A stretch of DNA of 64,000 bases from Candidatus Acididesulfobacter guangdongensis (GCA_004195045.1 SGBC01000004.1:28631-92630); one strand, 5' to 3'; shown: positions 40,593 to 49,256, counted from the first letter of the stretch. Numbers and translations: made by a program. Notes: generated from the letters alone by a model not told the origin.

Positions 40593-41632
40593 TATGATGC
40601 TTCAAATCCAAGGTCGTTTATTAACTCAACATCTAATTCAGTATTTCTTCCGGAAGTTACTAAGTAATTTCCCAGAAGAAATCCGTTAGCTCCAGCCATT
40701 AAGGCGAATGGCTGTAATTGCCGTAAATTTAATTCCCTGCCTCCTTGCGCAAGTATGTTCTTTGACGGATTAATCAGGCGAAAGATAGAAATAGTCTTGA
40801 GACATTCCATAGGTGTTAAGTCGCGATTATTTTCCAACGCTGTCCCTTTAATTGGATTTAAAAAATTAATAGGAATATTGTCAACATCAAGCTCCTTTAA
40901 CTGTCTTGCCATTTTAATTCTGTCAAGACGAGATTCGCCCATACCTATTATAACGCCGGAGCATACTTTAAGTTTGGCATCTTTTGCTTTGTTTATTGTT
41001 TCAATATTATTTTTGTAAGAGTGTGTCGTACAGATATTGCCGAAGAAATCTTTACTGGTTTCAATGTTGTGATGAAAAATTTCCAATCCGTGAAATTTTA
41101 AATATTCCAAGTCGCCTTTTTCCATTAATCCCAAAGATGCGCATGCAGTGATTCCTATATCATCTTTAATAGTCTTAATAGCTTCGGCTATAATGGAAAG
41201 TTCTTTTTTGTCGCTTACCGACGTTCCGCTTGTGACTATGGAAAATTCATTTGCTCCGTTTTCTTTAGCGGTTCTGGCAGCATTAACTAATTCTTTTACC
41301 GGAAGAAGTTTATTTATTTTTTTATTAATTTTAGGTATTTTTGAAGATTGTCCGCAGAAAGCGCAGTCTTCTGAGCATAAACCCGTTTTTGCGCTGACGA
41401 TTGAACAAAAATTAATTTTGTTGCCTGTCCATTTTTCTTTAAGTTCCAGCGCAATAGAGAAAACAGCCAGCATCTCAGATTTGCTGCAATCATAAATAGA
41501 CAAAAGAATATCGTCTGGAATTTCTTTATTTTCGGAGATATAATTTCTTAATGTATCAGCTAAACCTTTATTGGCGGAAGATTGTTCTGAAACTTTAAAA
41601 ATGTCATCAGTTTTCAAATTCATGATTTTCAC
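40592..41632 (-). CDS. bioB: biotin synthase
   Basis: Radical SAM motif CSEDCAFCGQS and the BioB-typical C-terminal part (GANGFLLGNYLVTSG). Confidence 0.9.
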   Translation of the reverse strand: MKIMNLKTDDIFKVSEQSSANKGLADTLRNYISENKEIPDDILLSIYDCSKSEMLAVFSIALELKEKWTGNKINFCSIVSAKTGLCSEDCAFCGQSSKIPKINKKINKLLPVKELVNAARTAKENGANEFSIVTSGTSVSDKKELSIIAEAIKTIKDDIGITACASLGLMEKGDLEYLKFHGLEIFHHNIETSKDFFGNICTTHSYKNNIETINKAKDAKLKVCSGVIIGMGESRLDRIKMARQLKELDVDNIPINFLNPIKGTALENNRDLTPMECLKTISIFRLINPSKNILAQGGRELNLRQLQPFALMAGANGFLLGNYLVTSGRNTELDVELINDLGFEAS

Positions 41633-41919
41633 CTAATTTACAGTAAGACAAGCCTCTCAATCTATTTATTGACTAATTAAATTAACAACTAATTTATTAA
41701 AATTAATTAATGAACTAAATAGCTAATTAAATAACTTGATTGATTAACTAACTTAATTAACTGGTACTTATTAACTAACCCAACAAATAATAGTATTTGT
41801 GATGCAATCTTATTTTTTTATTTAAAACCGTATACCTAACTAACGTAACAAATAAGTCACTTGCAATATTTTATGAAATTATTCGGATTAGCAAGAAATT
41901 GCCGCTTTTAACACACAAA

Positions 41920-42324
41920 TTAAAAATCAAAAAAACCGAAATTTTTCAAATTGTCAAGCATTTCTTCAATATCATTTGATTTTTTCAGCGAATCTGCAAT
42001 AATTTTAAGCTTATCCTGATAAGTTATAACTTTCTCTCTCATAGTTAATATGACGGATATACCTTCATTATTAATAGCAAGGTCGTTTTTTAGATGAGAA
42101 ATAGTTTGAAGTTTATTGAGGCTTGATAAATCCATAGACAAATAATCGTTTTCTTTGTTTATAGAAATTAAGCCCTCATCAATAAAAAAGCAAACAGCGC
42201 TCCTGCTCAAACAAAATGTAGTACAAATGTTAGACAAGCTTGTAAATTTATAAATATCATTTGAACAGCTGTCTGATGAATAATTTTTTTGTATTTTCAT
42301 TTTAGAGTCAGACTTATTTGTCAA
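41920..42324 (-). CDS. CbpM-like chaperone modulator (MerR-fold)
   Basis: Lies directly downstream of the CbpA-like J-protein. The pattern TTFCLSRSAVCFFIDEGLI...DLSSLNKLQTISHLKNDLAINNEGISVIL parallels E. coli CbpM. Confidence 0.55.
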   Translation of the reverse strand: MTNKSDSKMKIQKNYSSDSCSNDIYKFTSLSNICTTFCLSRSAVCFFIDEGLISINKENDYLSMDLSSLNKLQTISHLKNDLAINNEGISVILTMREKVITYQDKLKIIADSLKKSNDIEEMLDNLKNFGFFDF

Positions 42325-42418
42325 AATATACGTCCATGATTTATCTTATATTCTATAAAAAGATATAGAGAAAATATAATTATTGTTCTGAATAATTTAA
42401 CTAATTTTATTTAATAAC

Positions 42419-43324
42419 TTAATAACCTTCTTTGGCTAATTCATTAAAATATTTTTTGGCGTTATCAGATATATTAGACGGCAATTCCACCTGAATATTT
42501 ACTATTTCATCTCCGTAAATTTTTCCTTTAATATCAGGAGCGCCTTTTTTAGGAATCCTGAACTTAGCGCCATTTTGCGTTCCGGGAGGCACAGTAAGCA
42601 TTATCTTTCCGTCAATAGTCGGAACTTCAACCTTTGCTCCAAGAACGGCTTCTGTCAATTTTATTTTTTTAGTTACATAAATATCGTTGCCCTTTCTTTC
42701 AAAAACGTTATCGCTCATAACGCCGATTTCAATATATAAATCACCGTTTTTTCCCCCGTTTATTCCAGCAGAACCTTTGCCTTGGATTCTGATTTTTCCG
42801 CCGTTGGCTATACCGGCAGGTATTTTTACTTTTATTTTTTCGTTATTAAAATCAATTATTTTTTCGATTCCGCTTACGCTTTCTTGAACGGAAATATTAA
42901 GTTTAGCCTGAATATCCTGACCGGTTTGAGGACCTCTTTGTTTAGATGACCTATTGAATAGATCTGAGAAAATATCTTCAAAATTAAACTCTCCTCCTCC
43001 GGCATTAAAATTATAGTTTTGCTGCCCTCCGCCCATATTGCCGCTGTAATAATATTGATTTTGTCCTTGAGATGCAGACCCGCCGCCTCCATTTTTATAA
43101 TTGAAGTAATTGCTGCCAAGGTCATCATATTCCTTCCGCTTTTTTTCATCTTTAAGGATATCGTATGCTTCTTGAAGTTCTTTAAATTTATTTTCAGCTG
43201 TTTTATCGTTGGGATTTACATCGGGATGATATTTTCTGGCTAATTTCCTATATGCCTTTTTTATATCATCCGCAGAAGCTTTTTTGTCTATGCCTAAAAT
43301 TTTATAATAATCTTTTGTTTCCAT
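42419..43324 (-). CDS. cbpA: J-domain co-chaperone, CbpA-like (DnaJ class II, no zinc finger)
   Basis: J domain [33 protein letters not shown], a G/N-rich linker, two C-terminal beta domains, and no CxxCxGxG repeats. Confidence 0.85.
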   Translation of the reverse strand: METKDYYKILGIDKKASADDIKKAYRKLARKYHPDVNPNDKTAENKFKELQEAYDILKDEKKRKEYDDLGSNYFNYKNGGGGSASQGQNQYYYSGNMGGGQQNYNFNAGGGEFNFEDIFSDLFNRSSKQRGPQTGQDIQAKLNISVQESVSGIEKIIDFNNEKIKVKIPAGIANGGKIRIQGKGSAGINGGKNGDLYIEIGVMSDNVFERKGNDIYVTKKIKLTEAVLGAKVEVPTIDGKIMLTVPPGTQNGAKFRIPKKGAPDIKGKIYGDEIVNIQVELPSNISDNAKKYFNELAKEGY

Positions 43325-43511
43325 ATATTATATTTATACCAAAATTTTAAAATCTATTCAATATTTTATTTAAAAAATATAACTTTAATATTCTTTTTTT
43401 TAATCGTTTATATTATAATTTATTTTACAGATAATTAAATTGAATCTTTTCATATTATTTTTTTATACAATTTAACAATATTACAAGAATTATAAAATAT
43501 GGAGCGTAAAA

Positions 43512-43997
43512 TTGGAAAATTTAAATTTTAAAATTGGAAAAATTGACGGTATAGCCGTGTTGCCTGTTGCAAAAAATATAGATGAAAGAGGATGGCTTGC
43601 CGAACTTTACAGAACAGATGAACTTGATGAAAGTATATTTCCTAAGATGGCTTACGTTTCATTGACAAATCAGGGGGTCAGAAGAGGTCCTCACGAACAT
43701 AAAACGCAGACAGACTATTTTTGTTTTATCGGACCGTCAAATTTCAAAATAATTTTATGGGATAACAGGAAAAGTTCAAAAACATATATGAATAAAACCG
43801 TTTTATTTTTTGGAGAAGATAAACCGGCCTCCGTCATTGTTCCGCCTGGAGTAGTCCATGCTTACAAGAATATAGGCATAACAGCCGGAATAGTCATTAA
43901 CGCAGCTAATGTGCTGTATGCCGGATATAAAAAGCAGGAACCTGTCGATGAGATAAGATATGAGAATGATGCTGAAACGATTTTTAAATTTGATTGA
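43512..43997 (+). CDS. RmlC-like cupin (dTDP-4-dehydrorhamnose 3,5-epimerase family)
   Basis: TTG start. DERGWLAELYR...GVRRGPHEHK...VIVPPGVVHAYKNIG resembles the RmlC/sugar epimerase cupin pattern. Confidence 0.6.
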   Translation: MENLNFKIGKIDGIAVLPVAKNIDERGWLAELYRTDELDESIFPKMAYVSLTNQGVRRGPHEHKTQTDYFCFIGPSNFKIILWDNRKSSKTYMNKTVLFFGEDKPASVIVPPGVVHAYKNIGITAGIVINAANVLYAGYKKQEPVDEIRYENDAETIFKFD

Positions 43998-44027
43998 TAA
44001 AAATATTTTTTAACATATGCCTAATAT

Positions 44028-45194
44028 ATGCTTATTAGAGAACTTATTTCAAATGAAATAGAAAACATTAAGCTGAAAGGTTTTTATAGACAGCTCAATG
44101 AAAATAAAAACAATAATGCGATTATTAACTTATCGTCCAATGATTATCTTGGATTGGCTTATAATGCGGAAATAAAAAGAGCTGCAAAACAAATAATTTC
44201 TGCATATCCTCTGTCTAGCGCGTCGTCTCCTTTAATGTACGGCTATTTTATGCCGCATATTGATTTGGAAAACAAATTATGCAGCTTCAAAGGAGGATAT
44301 GAAAGATGTATTCTTTACCCGTCAGGCTATCAGGCAAATATGGGAGTAATCTCCGCTTTATCGGGAATATCGCTCAGTAAAACCTTTATAGCGTTTGATG
44401 AATTATCCCATGCGTCAATTGTTGACGGCGTATTGTGTTCAAAAGCAAAATTCAGAAGATTTAGGCATAATGATTCTGAGCATCTTGATAAAATATTAAA
44501 AAAATATAGTTCCTATGAAATAAAAATCGTTATAACAGAAGGCGTATTCAGTATGGATGGCGATATTGCCGATCTGCCGGATATTATAAATGTATCAAAA
44601 GATAATAACGCAATTACGATTCTTGACGATGCCCACGCTACCGGAACTATAGGGTCGCTTGGCGGAGGCAGCTGCAATTTTTACAGCGACAACGGCGTAA
44701 AACTGAAACCGGATGTTATGGTCGGTACGCTTGGTAAAGCTCTTGCTTCTGAGGGAGCTTTTGTTCTTTCTGATAATTTAATTATTGACTATTTAATAAA
44801 TAAAAGCAGACCGTATATTTTTTCTACGGCAATATCTCCTGTTGCTGCAGGTATCGCGCTGCAGGCGTTAAATATTATTGAAAATAAACCTGAATTAGTT
44901 ATTAAATTACAGATGATGTCTCAAAATATCAGGATTGTTTTAAAAAATAGCGGATTAAATATTCTGAATTCAAATACGCATATAATACCCATATTGATAG
45001 GCGATGAAATAAAGGCTGCAGAAATAGAAAAGACATTCATTAATAAAGGTATACTTCTAAAAGCGGTTAAATATCCTACTGTTGCCAAAGGCAGCGCCAG
45101 GTTGCGTTTAAGTGTAAATGCTGGGCTTAGCGATGCCGATGTCAAATACGTTTTAGATAATCTAACAGGATTGATTAAACAAATAGGTCATTAA
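44028..45194 (+). CDS. bioF: 8-amino-7-oxononanoate synthase (alpha-oxoamine synthase family)
   Basis: SNDYLGL, FSMDGD, DDAHATG and the PLP-lysine context GTLGKALAS. Adjacent to the BioC-like methyltransferase. Confidence 0.8.
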   Translation: MLIRELISNEIENIKLKGFYRQLNENKNNNAIINLSSNDYLGLAYNAEIKRAAKQIISAYPLSSASSPLMYGYFMPHIDLENKLCSFKGGYERCILYPSGYQANMGVISALSGISLSKTFIAFDELSHASIVDGVLCSKAKFRRFRHNDSEHLDKILKKYSSYEIKIVITEGVFSMDGDIADLPDIINVSKDNNAITILDDAHATGTIGSLGGGSCNFYSDNGVKLKPDVMVGTLGKALASEGAFVLSDNLIIDYLINKSRPYIFSTAISPVAAGIALQALNIIENKPELVIKLQMMSQNIRIVLKNSGLNILNSNTHIIPILIGDEIKAAEIEKTFINKGILLKAVKYPTVAKGSARLRLSVNAGLSDADVKYVLDNLTGLIKQIGH

Positions 45195-45246
45195 ATTTTG
45201 TTAAATATTAGTTAATTAATGTGGCAGCTGCTGCATATATGCATAT

Positions 45247-46281
45247 ATGATAAATAAAAATAAAATCAATAAAATAGATAAAAACAAAGTTAAAAAAAAT
45301 TTTTCAAATTCTCATCAATATGATAATGCAATATCGTATCATAGCATCACCCTTGAAATGATTGCGGACGACATATTATCTTTTTTTATATCGCGGCATA
45401 GTGCAGTATTTATTAATAATGACGGCTGGTTAAATAGATTAAACATTCTTGATGCAGGCTGCGGAACGTGCAACGGACTTTTGCATATTAAAAACAAAAT
45501 AAATAATAACAATATAAAGAATTTTGATTTTATCTATCTGGGGGTTGACATAGCATTAGGAGCATTAAAAAGAGGGCAGTCAAAAGTTAAAGCCGATGAA
45601 ACTGGCGGTGCTTATTTGTGTTGCGCTGATTGTGAAGAAATGCCGGTAAAGAATAAAATAATGAATGTTGTTTTTTCTAATATGGTTTTGCACTGGCTAA
45701 ATAAACCTTTACATTTTATTAAATCAGTTAAAAACAGTTTAAACTTAGATAGTGAAAATTTATTTATCTGCTCATTTCTTTCCGAAGGTACGTTAAAAGA
45801 ACTTAATCTGTGCTATGATAAATATAAATATTCGGGCGGCAATACTGCGAAAAATGTTGCCCTCCATAAATTCCCCGATGCCTGTTATATTAAAGAGCTA
45901 TTAATTTCCGAAGGTTTTGTCGTAGAAGAATTTAAAATTGTAGAACATAAAGAATATGCGAAAACAGCTTTTGAATTATTTAAGAGGATAAATCTTATAG
46001 GAGCTAAAAATTCTACAAATAATTTTATTATAAAAGATGATTTAAATAAAACTAAACCTGAAATAAAAAACACAGAATTATGTAAAAATAACGCAAGCGT
46101 AAATAATCAGCCTGCATCTATTGGCGATCATGCCGATAATATTAGAAGCGAGCCTATTTTTTCACGATATTCAATCCTTAAAAAAGTTCTGAAAGATTAT
46201 GAAAATACATACACTGCAGATGGGGATAATGTTTACGCCTCTTATTATTTAACTTATATAAGAGCAAAACTTGCAGATTAA
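45247..46281 (+). CDS. class I SAM-dependent methyltransferase, BioC-like with a long C-terminal extension
   Basis: SAM motif ILDAGCGTCNG and VFSNMVLHWL. Follows bioF. About 80 aa longer than typical BioC. Confidence 0.6.
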   Translation: MINKNKINKIDKNKVKKNFSNSHQYDNAISYHSITLEMIADDILSFFISRHSAVFINNDGWLNRLNILDAGCGTCNGLLHIKNKINNNNIKNFDFIYLGVDIALGALKRGQSKVKADETGGAYLCCADCEEMPVKNKIMNVVFSNMVLHWLNKPLHFIKSVKNSLNLDSENLFICSFLSEGTLKELNLCYDKYKYSGGNTAKNVALHKFPDACYIKELLISEGFVVEEFKIVEHKEYAKTAFELFKRINLIGAKNSTNNFIIKDDLNKTKPEIKNTELCKNNASVNNQPASIGDHADNIRSEPIFSRYSILKKVLKDYENTYTADGDNVYASYYLTYIRAKLAD

Positions 46282-46403
46282 ACTTTTATTGTAAAAACTT
46301 TTATTATAATAGACGTTAAATAAAACCTGCTAATTACGATAATTTGACCTGAAGGTTTGGGATTAAACTTTTATTGCATTTTATTGGAATAGATGTTAAA
46401 AAA

Positions 46404-46460
46404 ATCCCCGATAGCTTACATGCGTTATAACTGCATATAAGTTATCGGGGATTTTATTAT
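46404..46460. terminator. long bidirectional intrinsic terminator between convergent bioC-like gene and pal
   Basis: An approximately 20-bp stem, ATCCCCGATAGCTTACATGCG / TGCATATAAGTTATCGGGGAT, with one mismatch and two G-U pairs. Loop TTATAAC. A-run upstream and T-run downstream. Confidence 0.75.
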
Positions 46461-46490
46461 TATTTACTTCTTTTTTTATTTTAAAATAAT

Positions 46491-47051
46491 TTATTTTGAA
46501 GCAGGTACGAAATGGTCTCTTCTGTTTATAGCATAACAAACTCTCGTATGAGCTCTGCATATTGGTTTTTCTTTACCAAAGCTAATTGTTTTAAGTCTGT
46601 TTGCGCTTATGCCAAGGTCTTCTAAATAAGCCTTAGCAGCATTTGCTCTTCTCCAACCGAGCGCTAAGTTATAACTCTCTGAACCTCTTCTATCGCAGTT
46701 GCCCTGAATCTGAATGGCAGTATCGCGATGATATTTTAAATATATCGCATCTTTTTTCAAAATCATTTTGTCTAACGGAGTAAGAATGGATTTGTTAAAC
46801 GCAAAATGAATGTTATTGCCGTTAGAGGCAATATTGTAAGATGCAAGCCATGGATACTTTCTTAAATAAGAGTTGACTTTTTGAGAAACGACAGGTTGTG
46901 TCGGCTGCTGAATAGCTACTGCCGGTTTCTTTGCAGGCGGCAAGGCGCTTGAAGATGTTTTAGTCACTTTTGGAGCGCAGCCGGAAAGAACGGCAGATAC
47001 TCCGAATACTAGTCCAAGAATAGACAAGCCTATCTTTGTTTTTTTGTTCAT
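46491..47051 (-). CDS. pal: peptidoglycan-associated lipoprotein (Pal/OmpA-C family)
   Basis: Lipobox LSGC and an OmpA-like domain (IHFAFNKSIL...IQGNCDRRGSESYNLALGWRRANAAKAYL). Confidence 0.85.
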   Translation of the reverse strand: MNKKTKIGLSILGLVFGVSAVLSGCAPKVTKTSSSALPPAKKPAVAIQQPTQPVVSQKVNSYLRKYPWLASYNIASNGNNIHFAFNKSILTPLDKMILKKDAIYLKYHRDTAIQIQGNCDRRGSESYNLALGWRRANAAKAYLEDLGISANRLKTISFGKEKPICRAHTRVCYAINRRDHFVPASK

Positions 47052-47218
47052 GTTACTCTCTCCTTAAAAAATAAAATTAAATAAATTTTGTTTAAATAAA
47101 AAAATATAAAATCATCTTTTTTCATTATACAATTTATATATATATCATTATTTAAAAAAAAATCAATATATTTTTTATAGACGGTTGAATTATTTTTTTT
47201 ATGAGATAAACTTTAATT

Positions 47219-48268
47219 ATGGATAGTTATGCCGATAATAAAAAAAATGAATTTTATATTCAGTGGCATTTTATGGACAGCTGTAATCTAAGATGTATTC
47301 ATTGCTATCAGAATGATTATCTATTTAAAGAGCCCGACTTAAATAACTTAAATATTATTTTTCGCAAACTTGATGATGCTTTGGCAAAATGGAAAATGAA
47401 CGGTTTTGTTTCATTGACGGGAGGAGAACCGTTCCTGAGTCCTTCATCTTTATTTTATGTGGCTGAATTAATAGAAAATTCGCCAAATTTTCAAAATGTT
47501 GCCATATTATCAAACGGTACGTTAATAGGCGAAAATATTATTAAAGAAATTAAAAGGTTTAAAAAAATTACGGAGATTCAAATATCTATAGACGGACCTA
47601 ATGCTCAAATACATGAATCCATAAGAGGAAAGGGTACGTTTTTGAAAACGGTTGAAACTGTTAAAAAATTAGTCGGTGCAGGATTAAAAACTTCTATCAT
47701 GTTTACGGTGCATAAAAAAAATATGGATTATGCCGAGGATATGCTGTATTTAGCTAAAGAGCTTAAAGTAAATGCCTTAACTGTTGAAAGAATGACAACA
47801 ATGAATGAAGAAGAAAAAAAAGAATTTTTTATAAATCCTTATGATTTAGAAAGAATTTATAAAAACATATATGAAAAATCTAAAGTAATATTTGCAGAAT
47901 CTGCGACAAGACTTATAACTTCCAGACCGTTATGGAATCTGGTAGATGAAAATGCAGGCGGATTTTGCCCGGTAGGGCTTTCTTCGGTCTGCATTCTGCA
48001 TGACGGTACCGTGCTTCCCTGCAGAAGGCTATATTTGCCGCTGGGAAATATTATTGAAGAAGGTCTCTTTAAAATATGGTATGGTTCAAAAATTTTATGG
48101 GATATGAGAAATAAGAAAAATATTTCGGATAATAGCGGCGCTCATACGCAATCTGCATGTTCGGATATTAATTGTTCCCATTTTAAAAGATGCGGAGGAT
48201 GCAAGGCGATAAGCTATTATTATCATGGAAATATACACGAAAAAGATCCTCAATGCTGGCTCAGCTGA
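47219..48268 (+). CDS. radical SAM/SPASM-domain peptide-modifying enzyme (putative RiPP maturase)
   Basis: CX3CX2C at C22/C26/C29 (SCNLRCIHCY) and a GGEP SAM motif. The C-terminus has 8 Cys in a SPASM-like arrangement (FCPVG..VCILHDGTVLPC...ACSDINCSHFKRCGGC...PQC). Confidence 0.85.
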   Translation: MDSYADNKKNEFYIQWHFMDSCNLRCIHCYQNDYLFKEPDLNNLNIIFRKLDDALAKWKMNGFVSLTGGEPFLSPSSLFYVAELIENSPNFQNVAILSNGTLIGENIIKEIKRFKKITEIQISIDGPNAQIHESIRGKGTFLKTVETVKKLVGAGLKTSIMFTVHKKNMDYAEDMLYLAKELKVNALTVERMTTMNEEEKKEFFINPYDLERIYKNIYEKSKVIFAESATRLITSRPLWNLVDENAGGFCPVGLSSVCILHDGTVLPCRRLYLPLGNIIEEGLFKIWYGSKILWDMRNKKNISDNSGAHTQSACSDINCSHFKRCGGCKAISYYYHGNIHEKDPQCWLS

Positions 48269-48381
48269 TTTTATAAAACAATACAGTTAATGAGTACATT
48301 AATGCCGGTTTAACTGATTTTATAAAAAAATACGGTTATACGGTTAGTCGGTACAATTAATTAAGGGATGGTTCGCTGATT

Positions 48382-48660
48382 ATGAATGTTAAATATAAAC
48401 TTTTACCTCAATATATTCTGCATAATGACGGAACGGACAAGTATATGCTATTTGATACGCAGACAGGCGGCATATACAAATTAAATGCCGTATCATTTAA
48501 TATTTTGTCCCTTTGCAGCGGTGAATACACAAGCGATGAAATAAAAGATGAGATCTTAAAAATGTTTGATGTTGACTTAGATGTTTTAACTGAAGATTTT
48601 AATGATATTATTACAAAATTTCTAAATGAAAATATAATTTCTTGCCCAACTTCACCATGA
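48382..48660 (+). CDS. PqqD-family peptide chaperone (RiPP recognition element)
   Basis: 92 aa. YMLFDTQTGGIYKLNAVSFNILSLCSGEYTSDEIKDEILKMFDVDLDVLTEDFNDIITKFLNENII has the PqqD length and pattern (beta strands followed by a helical bundle). Confidence 0.75.
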   Translation: MNVKYKLLPQYILHNDGTDKYMLFDTQTGGIYKLNAVSFNILSLCSGEYTSDEIKDEILKMFDVDLDVLTEDFNDIITKFLNENIISCPTSP

Positions 48661-48889
48661 TTATCAGCAGCATATTGTACTATAATTTATGGGGCAATAA
48701 AAATGCCTGTGAAGACTACAAAATAAAAAATAAAATGTAATAATATTAATGTGTTGTAATATAATTTTAGAATAACAAAAGTGGTGAAGTTGGGCTAAAA
48801 CTCCTAAAAAAATGTTTTTTTGGGATTAATGAATTTTTTTATAATTTTTCTTAAAATAACGTCAGTTAAAATTAAGGAGGTGAAAAAAC

Positions 48890-48994
48890 ATGAAAACCAA
48901 TTACGAAAAGCCGATTTTGGAAAATCTGGATGCCGAAGAATTTTATTCAACTTTGATGGAAAACTATGGAATTAACGATTCGTGCTATTCTTGA
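48890..48994 (+). CDS. candidate 34-aa RiPP precursor peptide MKTNYEKPILENLDAEEFYSTLMENYGINDSCYS
   Basis: Hand-translated; below the ORF-track size cutoff. TAAGGAGGTG ends 7 nt before the ATG. Followed by a strong hairpin plus T-run (49034-49104). Same strand as, and directly after, the rSAM and PqqD genes. Confidence 0.55.
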   Translation: MKTNYEKPILENLDAEEFYSTLMENYGINDSCYS

Positions 48995-49033
48995 AAATCC
49001 TGCAAGTGAAATGTGCAGTTGGCACATAAGAAT

Positions 49034-49104
49034 TAAGCGCCTTATTCTTGAAATATTAAAAAAATATAAAAAGAAAAAGGCGCTTATTTTATTTATTTTT
49101 TTTA
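49034..49104 (+). terminator. intrinsic terminator after the candidate precursor peptide
   Basis: TAAGCGCCTTATTCTT (49034-49049) pairs with AAGAAAAAGGCGCTTA (49071-49086) with one mismatch. Followed by TTTTATTTATTTTTTTT. Confidence 0.7.
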
Positions 49105-49204
49105 ATTTTCATTGATTATACTGTATTGATTTGAAATATTGCGTAATTATTGCAGCAATAGTTTAGTTGAAGTTTTATGCATATTAAAATATAAAATACT
49201 TATA

Positions 49205-49254
49205 TTATCTTATCTTATCTTATCTTATCTTATCTTATCTTATCTTATCTTATC
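49205..49254. repeat. pentanucleotide microsatellite (TTATC)x10
   Basis: Ten perfect units counted from 49205. The array ends 2 nt from the gatD stop codon (49257-49259, minus strand). Confidence 0.95.
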
Positions 49255-49256
49255 TT

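Noticed and set aside
49016-49036. TGGCAC (49016-49021) as a sigma-54 -24 element, of interest given the PilR-like activator in the window.
   Set aside because: The -12 position reads AATTA instead of TTGC(A/T). It also lies between a stop codon and a terminator, with no downstream gene on that strand.
49011-49115. 34-codon ORF MCSWHIRIKRLILEILKKYKKKKALILFIFFNFH directly after the precursor, considered as a possible second peptide.
   Set aside because: It has no Shine-Dalgarno site, it runs straight through both arms of the terminator hairpin and the T-run, and its composition is what AT-rich non-coding DNA yields.
49205-49254. Considered whether the repeat tract, or any other repeat here, is a CRISPR array.
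   Set aside because: The units are 5 bp with no spacers. No 24-40-bp repeat/spacer periodicity and no cas genes occur anywhere in the window.
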